Below the pieces are notes generated by a model. It saw only the letters and a program-made list of their open reading frames with translations. It was not told the DNA's origin and made no database searches. A stretch of DNA of 10,619 nt from Prasinococcaceae sp. CCMP 1430 (lineage: Eukaryota > Plantae > Prasinodermophyta). The stretch spans positions 51,124-61,742 of the forward strand of contig RQSC01000917.1 in the NCBI GenBank assembly GCA_013416795.1, given 5' to 3'. Below, in pieces: positions 1 to 7,880 of the stretch; the stretch's first letter is position 1, and each line of letters begins with the position of its first letter. Made by a program: the position numbers and the translations under genes.

Positions 1-150
1 GGGGGGCGCGGCGGCGGCGCGGGGGCGGCTGCTGCGCGCAGCGGGCGCGCGCTGACGCCCGACACGCGCCACCGTGCCTCGCGCCCAACCCATCGCACCC
101 TCGACTCACCCCCTTGCTCCCCTGCACGCGCGCCTTTCCAATCCCCGCAG
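1..150 (+). other. 3' part of a spliceosomal intron upstream of the SNRNP40 exon
   Basis: CTGAC (~52) and CTCAC (~105) branch-like motifs, a C/T-rich tract and ...CCCCGCAG acceptor ending at 150. The WD40 reading frame starts in phase 0 at 151. Confidence 0.8.
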
Positions 151-488
151 GCGTCGACGTCGTCGTCGCTGCCGGCGCCCATCATGCTCCTCACGGGCCA
201 CGAGGCGGCCGTGAGGGGCGTGAAGTACTCGCCGGACGGCGCGTCGCTCGCGTCGTGCTCGGACGACAAGACGGTGCTGCTCTGGCGAAGCTCGGGCGAG
301 TGCAAGTCGTACGCGCAGCTGGCGGGACACAGAAATGCCGTGGTGGACGTGCACTGGACCACCGACCAGAGCAAGGTGCTGAGCGCGTCGGCCGACAAAA
401 CCGCGCGCGCGTGGGACGCGGACACGGGGGCACAGGTTGCCAAGCTGAAGGAGCACTCGTCCTTCGTCAACGCGCTCTGCCCGGCGAG
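151..488 (+). CDS. SNRNP40: Internal exon of U5 snRNP 40 kDa WD40 protein (N-terminal ~3 WD repeats); gene partial at both ends
   Basis: Frame 1 reads ASTSSSLPAPIMLLTGHEAAVRGVKYSPDG.SLASCSDDKTVLLW...GEC..YA.L.GH..AV..VHW..D.S..LSASADKT..AWDA.TG..V.KLKEHSSFVNALCPAR. This matches the well-known U5-40K N-terminus (SSLQAPIMLLSGH...HTSFVNSCYPARRG). Bounded by the AG at 149-150 and a GTGCGT donor at 489; GC3 is very high. Confidence 0.9.
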
Positions 489-512
489 GTGCGTCTGAGA
501 GAGCCGCCGGCC

Positions 513-535
513 GCGTGCGTGCGTGCGTGCGTGCG
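513..535 (+). repeat. (GCGT)5+ microsatellite in intron
   Basis: gcgtgcgtgcgtgcgtgcgtgcg, 24 nt after the donor. A similar tract occurs in the methyltransferase intron (~5740-5757). Confidence 0.9.
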
Positions 536-708
536 ATGATGTGACGACAGGAATGGAATCTCGTTAATCCCGAGTGCGGGGCCCGCGGGCCGCCGCGCGG
601 TGCTGAGACGATCCTTCGAACCGTACTGAGCGCGGCGAGCGCATCGGCGAGCGGATCGACGAGCGCCCGGCCACGCCTCTCGAGGAACGGCGCCGCCCGC
701 TGTGCTGA

Positions 709-1005
709 CCGAGCGACTGCGCGCGGCCCTCCCCCTCCCACCACCACCACCACCACTACCAACAACAACAGCAACAGCCCTTCCGGCAGCAGCAGCCCTC
801 CCACCAGCAGCAGCAGCAGCAGCATGTGCCTCAGCAGCAATTTCCCCCCCACCAACAACGGCAACAGCAGCACCAACCCTGGCAGCACCAACATCAGCTG
901 CCCCAGCAGCCTCAACAGCAGTTTTACCACCAGCAGCAACAACAACAACAACGGCCCTTACAGCAACAGCCCTTCCAGCAGCAACTCCATCGACATAGTC
1001 ACCAT

Positions 1006-1037
<32 letters not shown>

Positions 1038-4000
1038 CCAGCACCAGCACCAGCACCGCCCCGAGCCGCACGTCAACCCCAAGGAGGCGACCCTGCGCGA
1101 GCGTGAGGTGCTGGCCGAGGGCGATGCCGTGTGGTACCGCCACCGCGCGGGCGGCTGGCGGCGCGCGCGCGTGCTGAAGGTGTACCGCGACGACCCGCCG
1201 CCGTACTACGCCATCGCGGTGGAGGGCGAGGACGGGGAGCGCCAGACGGTGCGCGAGAAGCTGCGCGAGCGCGGCGGGAGGCACGGAGAGGCGCCGCCGG
1301 ACGAGCCTGCGCCCGTGGCGATGCCACCCGACTCGCCGCTGCTGCCCGAGATGGCGCCGCTGCCCGGCGCAGACGCCGCCGCCGCCGCCTTCGACGGCGG
1401 CGACGACGGCTTCGGCGAGTTCGGTGCGGCGCCTGCGCTGCCGATGGCGACCCCACCTGTCGCCGCCGCGTCACCGAGCATCGCCTCGAGCGTCGCACCG
1501 ACCTTTGCCGCCCCGCTCGCATTCGCCGCGCCGCCCGCGGCGATGCCCTCGGTGGCGCCAGCGGCGGCGGCATCGGCCGCGGCACAGCCATTCGGGGCGT
1601 TCGCAGCCGCGCCCCCTGCGGCCGTCGGCTCCGCAGCGACGGCCAGCGCCGGCGTTTCGCCGATCGCACCCGCCGCCGTGGCGGTGGTCGATGATGACGA
1701 CGGCTTTGGTGACTTTGATGCCGCGCCCGCGGGCCCCGTCGCCGCCGTCGACGACGGCGTTGGCGAACCGGGGGTGGCGAGGGTAAACGGTGGCAGCGCG
1801 GACGTCCCGCGAGGCGTCATCCCGGCCGCGCCGCTCGACCCGGACCTTTTCAGTGCCCGAGAGGTCTCGGACGCGCCCAATGGTGTTGGTCTCCAGCCTG
1901 CGAAAGTCGTGACGACACACGCGCCCGAGGTGCTGCCGGCAGAGGCAGGCGACGCCCCAGCGGCGGCCCCCGCACCCGCCCTCGTGCCCGCGCCCTCGGC
2001 TGCCGCTTCCGCGGCCGTCGCGAGGAGCGAGCCGCCTGTGCTGGCGGCCGTCGGCCCGCAGGTTCAGAGCGCGGTCCCAGCCATGGTGCCTGGAGCGCAA
2101 CTCTCTTCCTCGGCCTACGGCGCGTTCGAGCAGGCGCATGGTGCAGCGGTGCGAGGAGCTCCTCTCGTAGGAGCCGAGGCGATCGCGGCTGCGGGAGGCG
2201 TAGGCCCAGGCGACTTCGGTGCCTTCGGTGCTGCGTCGACCGTCGTCCCGGCGTCGGGCGCACGGCTCAGCGAGGGCGTTGACGACGATGACTTCGGTGA
2301 CTTTGGCGAGGCGTGTACCATCGCCCCGGCGGCGGGAGGCCCCGTCGTCTCCAGCACATCGCCTGCGCCGCTTTCGAAGGATGCACCCCTCGACCTGTCG
2401 CTCTTCGGGGATGACGAGGAGGTTGGCCCTCTACAGAACGCGCCTGTGAGCATCGCACCCCCCGCCGATGCGCCGGAGCCCGAGCCGGCTGCCGTAGAGA
2501 TACCAGAGGCGGCCAGTAGCTCCGACGCTCCTGCAATCGGGCTCGGCGGGGACGACGACGACTTCGGCGAATTCGGCGGAGCCGTCGCATCGGGCGCTGC
2601 TCCGGAGCCAGCCGTGGATCTGTCGCTCTTCGCGGGCATGGAAGTGTCTGCAGGGCCAAAGGAGGCTGTCCATGCCACGCCTGCTCTACCAGGCCCCACC
2701 AATGCCGCCGCCGCGGATGCAGTCGCAGGTGGCGCTTTTGAAAACGTTGGGTCCGTCGAGGCGAACGGCGCCGATGCCAATGGAATCAATTCCAGCGAAG
2801 ATGACGACTTCGGGGATTTCGAAGCCGGCGATGGTGCCCCTGCGCCGCGGGTGGATGCCGAGGCTGTGCGAGCCTCTGATGCGGAGATGCATGTGAAGGT
2901 CGCGACCCCATCAGCACTGACAACAGGTGCGCCCCTCGACCTCGGCCTCTTCGGTGATGAGAACAACCAGCTCGAGAACGCCGAGGTCAGCATTGCCCCG
3001 CCCCCGCCCGAGGCCATCGCCAAAGCCACGCCTGATACGGAAGCATCCGCGCATGCGGCAGCCGACGTGCTGCGCACCGAAGATGCACGCAGAGAAGAGG
3101 CAGCGTCGGCGACCGCCGGAGAGCCGCTCACACGGGCCGACAGCGATGACTGGGTGGTTGACTTTGCGAGTGCCCAGAACGGCGGCAGCGCGCAGCCGGC
3201 CGGATTGATACAGACGCCGTCTACCCAATCGCTCGACGACGCCGCGACCACTCATGACAGCAGCGAGGACTGGGCGCTTGACTTTCCCAGCGCACACGGC
3301 AACGGATCCACGCAGCAGGCCACAGAGCTGGCGCAGGCTGCGTCGACGCAGTCGCTCGAGGATATCTTTGGCGATCTGAGCTTTGGTGCTCCGTCCGCCC
3401 CCGCGGGCACCGGCGACCAGCTGGCCGTCGGCACCGACGGGATCAGCGGCGCGCCCGGAACCCCGGGCGACGGTCGTGCGAAATCACCTGTTGCTGTGGG
3501 CGGTGCGCTGGGTGCCTTGGACGCGGAGTTTTTCTTCGGCGGCGTGCCGGATTCGCCCAGGGCCGAGCCTGCGTCGGCGTCTCCGCTTAGCTTGTTCGCC
3601 GATATGTCGTTGAACGAGGGCGTTTCTAGCGCCGCGAGCCCCGGCTTGGCCGGTCCCGGCACTGCAGGCGAGGCAGCAGGTGCACCCGTTCTGGAGGCGC
3701 ACGCACGCTCCACTCGCGGAGGTGAGGCCATCGGTGCCATCGACCTCTTCGAGGGCATGAGCATGTCCGCGGGCGCTTTCGAGTCGGCCTCTCCGGGCAC
3801 CGCCTCCCCCGATTCCAGGCGTGCGTCGCTCGCCGATGCGCCATCGTGCTGGGCCGACATATTGGAGGTCGCTGCGCGGGAGGCCGAGGCGTCGGCGGCT
3901 GCATGGCGCGCCGCCGGCGCAAGTGATGTTCGTGGAGAGCTGTTGGCGTCGGATCGCGGGCGTAAGTGGCTCCGCGGCCTGGCACGCGTGGCGCTCGCTG

Positions 4001-4359
4001 CCCACGCCATCATGGCGATGTGCGACGGCCACCTTCGCAGCGGGCTGGCTGGTGGCGATATCCTCGAGCGCTGCGCGCGCGCGCGCGCACGCTGGGAGGC
4101 CGCGTTCGCCGAGGGTACCGCGGAGGGAACGCCCCTTGGCGGCACGGTCAGCAACGACCTTCAGAGCGCGCAGTGGTGCGGGCGCGGAGTGAGCAAGGCC
4201 CTGGCGCTCGCGGCCGCGGAGGCCGCGTCCGGCACCGGTGGCGGCGCGTGCGGCCTCACGGGCCTTCCGCTCGAGCCATTGCGTGGCGTTGTCCCCCCTG
4301 ATGCGCTTGCGGGCGGCAGGCTCGTGCCGGCGGAGCGCCTGCTCGCGCGCGCGCGCTGA
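709..4359 (+). CDS. Gamma-synergin/aftiphilin-like AP-1/clathrin accessory protein (5'-incomplete)
   Basis: Frame 1 is open from 709 (after TGA 706-708) to TGA 4357-4359. It contains five D-rich FG[DE]F motifs (1411, 1705, 2293, 2563, 2809) plus DFGAF and DIFGDL, which are typical gamma-adaptin-ear binding motifs. The C-terminal WADIL...ELLASDRGRKWLRGL.RV...W...ACGLTGL aligns by eye with the synergin-gamma C-terminus (WQRCL...EVIQSAQGMEYLLGV.EV...W...ACGVCLL). The ORF-track start at 826 is GTG; the first in-frame ATG is at 1321. Confidence 0.7.
739..1056 (+). repeat. Coding polyH/polyQ low-complexity region: (CAC)6, mixed CAA/CAG runs, (CAG)10, (CAGCAC)n
   Basis: (CAC)6 at 739-756, (CAG)10 at 1006-1035, then alternating CAC/CAG. 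All are in frame as H/Q with mixed Gln codons. Confidence 0.9.
1108..1272 (+). other. Small SH3/Tudor-like beta-barrel domain within the synergin-like protein
   Basis: VLAEGDAVWYR..GGWRRARVLKVYRDD.PPYYAIAV....ERQTVREKL has the GDxV-W-x-A-V pattern of SH3-fold barrels. It is the only globular-looking segment in the N-terminal 900 aa. Confidence 0.55.
3139..3363 (+). repeat. Degenerate tandem duplication, period 120 nt (40 aa), in the synergin-like CDS
   Basis: SDDWVVDFASAQNGGSAQ...STQSLDD versus SEDWALDFPSAHGNGSTQ...STQSLED; the Trp codons are at 3151 and 3271. Confidence 0.85.
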
Positions 4360-4771
4360 ATGCGCCAGCCTCCACCCCCCCTGCCGTGCCTGGGCCCGCG
4401 CAATGTACCACATTTTTGTACTGTACCACCACCATGCATGACCGTGCGCGCGAGGGCCTCCGCCGGTCGCAGCGCCCGCGCGTGCGCGCCTGCCTGCGTG
4501 AAGGGGTGGATCGCGGGGGCGCGCTGGGGGCGTGGCCGCACTAGAGGGCGAGGCCCCCCGACGACGACGCCCTTCCGTCCGTGGGCCTGTGTGGCGGTTG
4601 CTCGCGCGTGTACTCGACACACACGTGCCCTCCTGAAGTCGGCGACCGAGTGGCAGGCTGAAGACAGGGCGCCACTCTGCGCGCGCTCCGCACTCGCGCT
4701 GGGAGCGCGTGTGCAGGTGCGCGTGGTGCGTGTGTGTGCGTGTGGTGGTGGTGGCGGCGGTGGAGCGGTGT

Positions 4772-4905
4772 GGGTAGGGGTGGGGTGGGGGGAGCAGAGT
4801 GCTGGCATACGGCATTCGAACAACAAACCCTTTATTATTAAAACCTTTATTGGTTCGACGCATTTCGCACAGCCCCAAACCTTATCCACAGCGGCACCGC
4901 TGTGG
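4772..4905. promoter_or_regulatory. Candidate promoter / nucleosome-depleted region: G4 motif, AT-rich patch, telo-box-like motifs, palindrome
   Basis: GGGTAGGGGTGGGGTGGGGGG (4772-4792); AT-rich 4816-4856; AAACCCT (4825), AAACCTT (4841), AAACCTTA (4877); 9-bp inverted repeat CCACAGCGG-CA-CCGCTGTGG (4886-4905). It lies between a stop codon and the next + strand gene. Function is inferred only. Confidence 0.3.
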
Positions 4906-5019
4906 CGCGCCGCGGGCGCAGCAGAGCGCGCCCGCGCGGCGGGCCGGGCGGTGGCGAGGCGGGCGCGGGCGCGACGCGCCCTCCCTCCCGCGCATCCCTC
5001 CNGCTCGCGTTTGGCGCAG

Positions 5020-5679
5020 CGGCCGCCTGGGATGCGGCGGGCGCCGAGCGCCGGAGGGGCGAGCGCGCGCTCGTCCGCGAGGCGCAGCTGCGGTCCGGCG
5101 ACCGCGTGCGCGTCCAGCTGGGCGACGGGCGTGCCACCACGAAGCTGCTGCCCGTCGACGCAAAGTGGGTGAGCAAGAGGCTGGAGTCGTGGGGGCGCTC
5201 GGAGGGGTTGCCCATGCTCAGCCCTGAGAAGGCCGCGGTGCTGCGCGGCATCGTCGCCGACGCTGCGCCGCGCGCCGTCGTCCACGTGGGCAGCCTCCTC
5301 GGTTACTCCACCATACAGATGTGCGGCGCGCTGCCGGACGGCGGCGCCGGCTGCCGGCTCGTCACGCTCGAGCGCGACCCGCTCATGTTCGCGTGCGCGA
5401 AGCGATTCGTGCACCAGGCGCGTCTGGACGGCCTGGCGAGCCGCCTCCACGAGGTTCCGCACGCCGCTGATGTCGTCTTGGGCAACGCGGTGGACCGCGC
5501 CGCCGTTGCGAGAGCGGCGGAGCGGGCGATGGCGGGTGCCGGGACAGACGGCGTGGACATGCTCTACCTCAGCGGGACGCCATCGGAGTACGGTGCCTAC
5601 CTCGCGGCCGCAAGCCCCTTCCTGAGGTCGGGCTCGGTCGTCGTGGCCGACCACGCGCTCGTGGCTGAGAGGGTCATGG
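5020..5679 (+). CDS. COMT-like class I SAM-dependent O-methyltransferase, exon (upstream start not found)
   Basis: Frame 0 reads MLSPEKAAVL..IV....PR.VVHVGSLLGYSTIQM...RLVTLERDP...VDMLYLSG..EY...FLRSGSVVVADH, colinear with COMT (MNVG.KKG.IV...LLELGAYCGYS..RLITIE...DMVFLDH..LRKGTVLLADN). Probable acceptor GCGCAG at 5019; GTGCGT donor at 5680. Confidence 0.75.
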
Positions 5680-5845
5680 GTGCGTGTGTGCGCGAGCTGC
5701 GCCGCTGGCATCCGACGCTGCTGCGTCGCGCGGTCCCGCGCGTGCGTGCGTGTGCGTGAGTGACTCCGTGCGCGTGTCTCTCTGCTGCGGCGGGCTGACC
5801 GCGTTCCGCCGCCGTGCCATGACATCTCGCATTCCGCCTTGCCAG
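5680..5845 (+). other. Spliceosomal intron (166 nt, phase 1)
   Basis: GTGCGT donor, CTGAC at 5795-5799 and TTGCCAG acceptor. Removal joins ...RVMG to GFLDELR in frame. Confidence 0.85.
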
Positions 5846-5961
5846 GGGGGTTCCTGGACGAGCTTCGAGACGAGACGCGCTTCGCGACGCTCGACATGGT
5901 CGACTGCCCGCTGGAGTGGAGCCAGGACCGCGACGCCTTCGCCGTGGCCGTCGTGCAGTAG
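5846..5961 (+). CDS. COMT-like O-methyltransferase, last exon
   Basis: GFLDELRDETRFATLDMVDCPLEWSQDRDAFAVAVVQ* resembles the COMT end (DFLAHVR...F......LEY....DGLEKA). Stop TAG at 5959-5961; a TGTAA (chlorophyte-type polyA signal) follows at 6001. Confidence 0.8.
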
Positions 5962-6007
5962 GAGGAGCGGAGTGCGCGCGCCTCTGCGAGAGAGTTCAGG
6001 TGTAAAG

Positions 6008-6257
6008 ATGGGACCGGATTACCTCATCAGCGCGCCGACGACGAAGCACTGCAGCTTCGTTTGCGAGGGGCGGTCGGCGGGGGTCATCGCTACCATTTAC
6101 TTGGACGCCCTCGCTGTGGGAGCTCGACGCGGCCATCGCCGAGCTGAAGGTGGTGGGCGATGACGCCGCCACGCGCGAGCCGCTCAGCACAGTGCTGGCG
6201 ATGCCTTGCCGCAACACGAAGCGCAGTGGCAACTTCGAGCTCGTGCAGGCGCCATAA
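6008..6257 (+). pseudogene. Frameshifted coding relic of unknown family
   Basis: Frame 2 (6008-6118) and frame 0 (6120-6257) have 31/37 and 40/45 G/C-ending codons and join with one shift at the GGG 6118-6120. Confidence 0.35.
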
Positions 6258-7082
6258 AACAAACAATTTCCCAAGCTTGCTTTATCTCTCGCACCGTGAT
6301 GGTGGGAAGGCGCATTGGCAATGCAATGAAATAAAGTGGCAGACGTGCATGCCGTGGGCAACTCGAACTCGCTTTGGCACAAACGTCGACAGCAAAAATG
6401 ATCAAAATCCGTTGTGTGTGTCGGACACGCGTGGACCAGCCCTTTGCGGACTGAAGGGGCGCGCAGAGGATCCATAGACATACTGAGGAGAGCGTCCCCA
6501 CGCGACGGGTCACTGTTTTTTTCCGCTGCAAACGTTGCGTGACGTGCTTGTCTTGCATCTGGGACCGTGCCCATCTTTGTGGCGCCAACGCAAGCACACG
6601 TGCGAGGGCGTGCGAGTCCTGCGCAGCGCGTTGCGTACTGCGCGCTCGTGCGGTGGTGCCACAGTGCGCGCGCGCCGCGGGCATTTGGTAGCGCGCTGAA
6701 GCTGGCAAGGCACTCGCGTGTGCGCGTCCATTGCGCGCATGGTCCCACCGTGTCCGCACGAACTACCACAAAGGCGAGTGTGTGACTGTCAGGCTGGCTC
6801 GTCTGTCTACCACCAACTTTGAGTCGCTATCAGCGATTTGAAGTTGTCTTCGGGACTTTTTGCCCGTCGCAGGGCGGGTAGAACTGAGAGGCGCGGCGCG
6901 CGCGCACAGATTGTCGGCGAGGAGGAGCTGGCAGCCAGCCGCCGCGCCTGCGCGGTCTCAGCAGTCGCACTCAGCTCGCTGCGTGACAGTATTGCAGCGC
7001 GCACGAGGCGCTTGCGTGGCCCCGGTGACAGCGTGGCGGGTAAGGAGTGCGTCACCTAACGGCCAGACGACGCATACCTGTG

Positions 7083-7880
7083 ATGCCGCCTGAAAACAGG
7101 CATGATCCGTACCGAGCGCGTGTTGGTGATGATCATGTCAACGCCGACATGGCTAGACGCAGAGCAAACAATCCCAACGAGTACTTCGTGGCAGTGGATG
7201 CCCCTGGGTTCGCAATGTACCTTGTTAACAGCGAGCCCAGCAAGGAGCTCGAGGAACGTCGGGAGGTTATCGCTGCTCTGGTGAACTCGTTGGCACGGTT
7301 GTTTGTTGCCCAACGGAACGCGAAGATGGCTCGAGATGGAGGTGGTTCGCCTTTAACGGTCCAGGACGCGCTTAAAAAAGCAGTGGAGCGCTGGAACTCA
7401 TACGGGCTGCCGTCGCTATCTACTGTGGGCCAAGTTTTGAAGTATGCAAACACCGTCAAGTTTCTCCCTATTACTGGCACGATCCCTTTTGTGGACACGC
7501 TGGAACTCTGCGTAACGGAGCTTCGTAAGTTGCTGAAGAACGCCGGAGATGCTGATGCCGTATTGGAGGACGAAGACGACGTGTTTAAAGCACTGCTGCA
7601 GGCAACCTTGAACAGGATCAAAGCAGTCAGAAGCAACAAGGAGATGGAGAAGTGGGCGTTTTGGTCGCTCCAGTGCGCGATGAAGAAGGCGATCAAACTG
7701 GTGACCGCGGCAGCCGAATGGGCGGAAGCGAGACCGCGTCGTTTTGGGATTTTCAAAGCGCCTAAGCTTCGCGCCGTGCGCGCCGCGCAGGCTCGCTTGG
7801 GTGCGCGTCCGCTCGATGAAAATCTTCCGGTTGCTGCACACAGTACACCGAATGAGCAGACTGAGATCGACGCGGAGTGA
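7083..7880 (+). CDS. 265-aa ORF left by the premature stop; contains a putative MLKL/RPW8/HeLo-like four-helix effector domain (~7410-7800)
   Basis: Amphipathic helices IPFVDTLELCVTELRKLL...SLQCAMKKAIKLV...RRFGIFKA..L..V..AQ.RL resemble the MLKL N-terminal-domain pattern. The assignment is by eye only. Confidence 0.45.
   Translation: MPPENRHDPYRARVGDDHVNADMARRRANNPNEYFVAVDAPGFAMYLVNSEPSKELEERREVIAALVNSLARLFVAQRNAKMARDGGGSPLTVQDALKKAVERWNSYGLPSLSTVGQVLKYANTVKFLPITGTIPFVDTLELCVTELRKLLKNAGDADAVLEDEDDVFKALLQATLNRIKAVRSNKEMEKWAFWSLQCAMKKAIKLVTAAAEWAEARPRRFGIFKAPKLRAVRAAQARLGARPLDENLPVAAHSTPNEQTEIDAE

Noticed and set aside
551-573. Possible SNRNP40 micro-exon (CAG|...|GTGCGG) giving RNGISLIP, loosely like RRGPQLV
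   Set aside because: Weak similarity, AT-rich codons unlike host genes, and no following GSDDGT exon to splice into.
633-668. 12-nt tandem repeat x3 (CGGCGAGCGCAT-like)
   Set aside because: Short, degenerate and expected in GC-rich DNA; not CRISPR-like (no spacers).
4620-4718. Possible exon ending CAG|GTGCGC at 4716/4717
   Set aside because: The phase compatible with the methyltransferase acceptor has a stop at 4659 and no ATG. It could be a UTR exon but cannot be supported.
4882-4890. Perfect DnaA box TTATCCACA next to an AT-rich patch
   Set aside because: Single box in clearly eukaryotic nuclear DNA with no oriC context; a post-hoc match.
106-5897. Many long Ala/Arg/Pro/Gly-rich ORFs in alternative frames and on the minus strand (e.g. 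106..951, 2115..3251, 3484..4878, 4161..5897)
   Set aside because: Shadow ORFs expected at ~70% GC. They overlap well-supported genes and carry no recognisable motifs.
6910-7066. Exon-like segment (CACAG|IVGEEELAASRR...|GTAAGG) and CTAAC-GGCCAG upstream of the NLR
   Set aside because: The implied 27-nt intron is very short and leads to a stop at 7081. No nearby acceptor puts it in the NLR frame.
7878-7880. TGA as selenocysteine or leaky stop
   Set aside because: Linker position, TGA-GAG is not a known leaky context, and no SECIS could be identified by eye.
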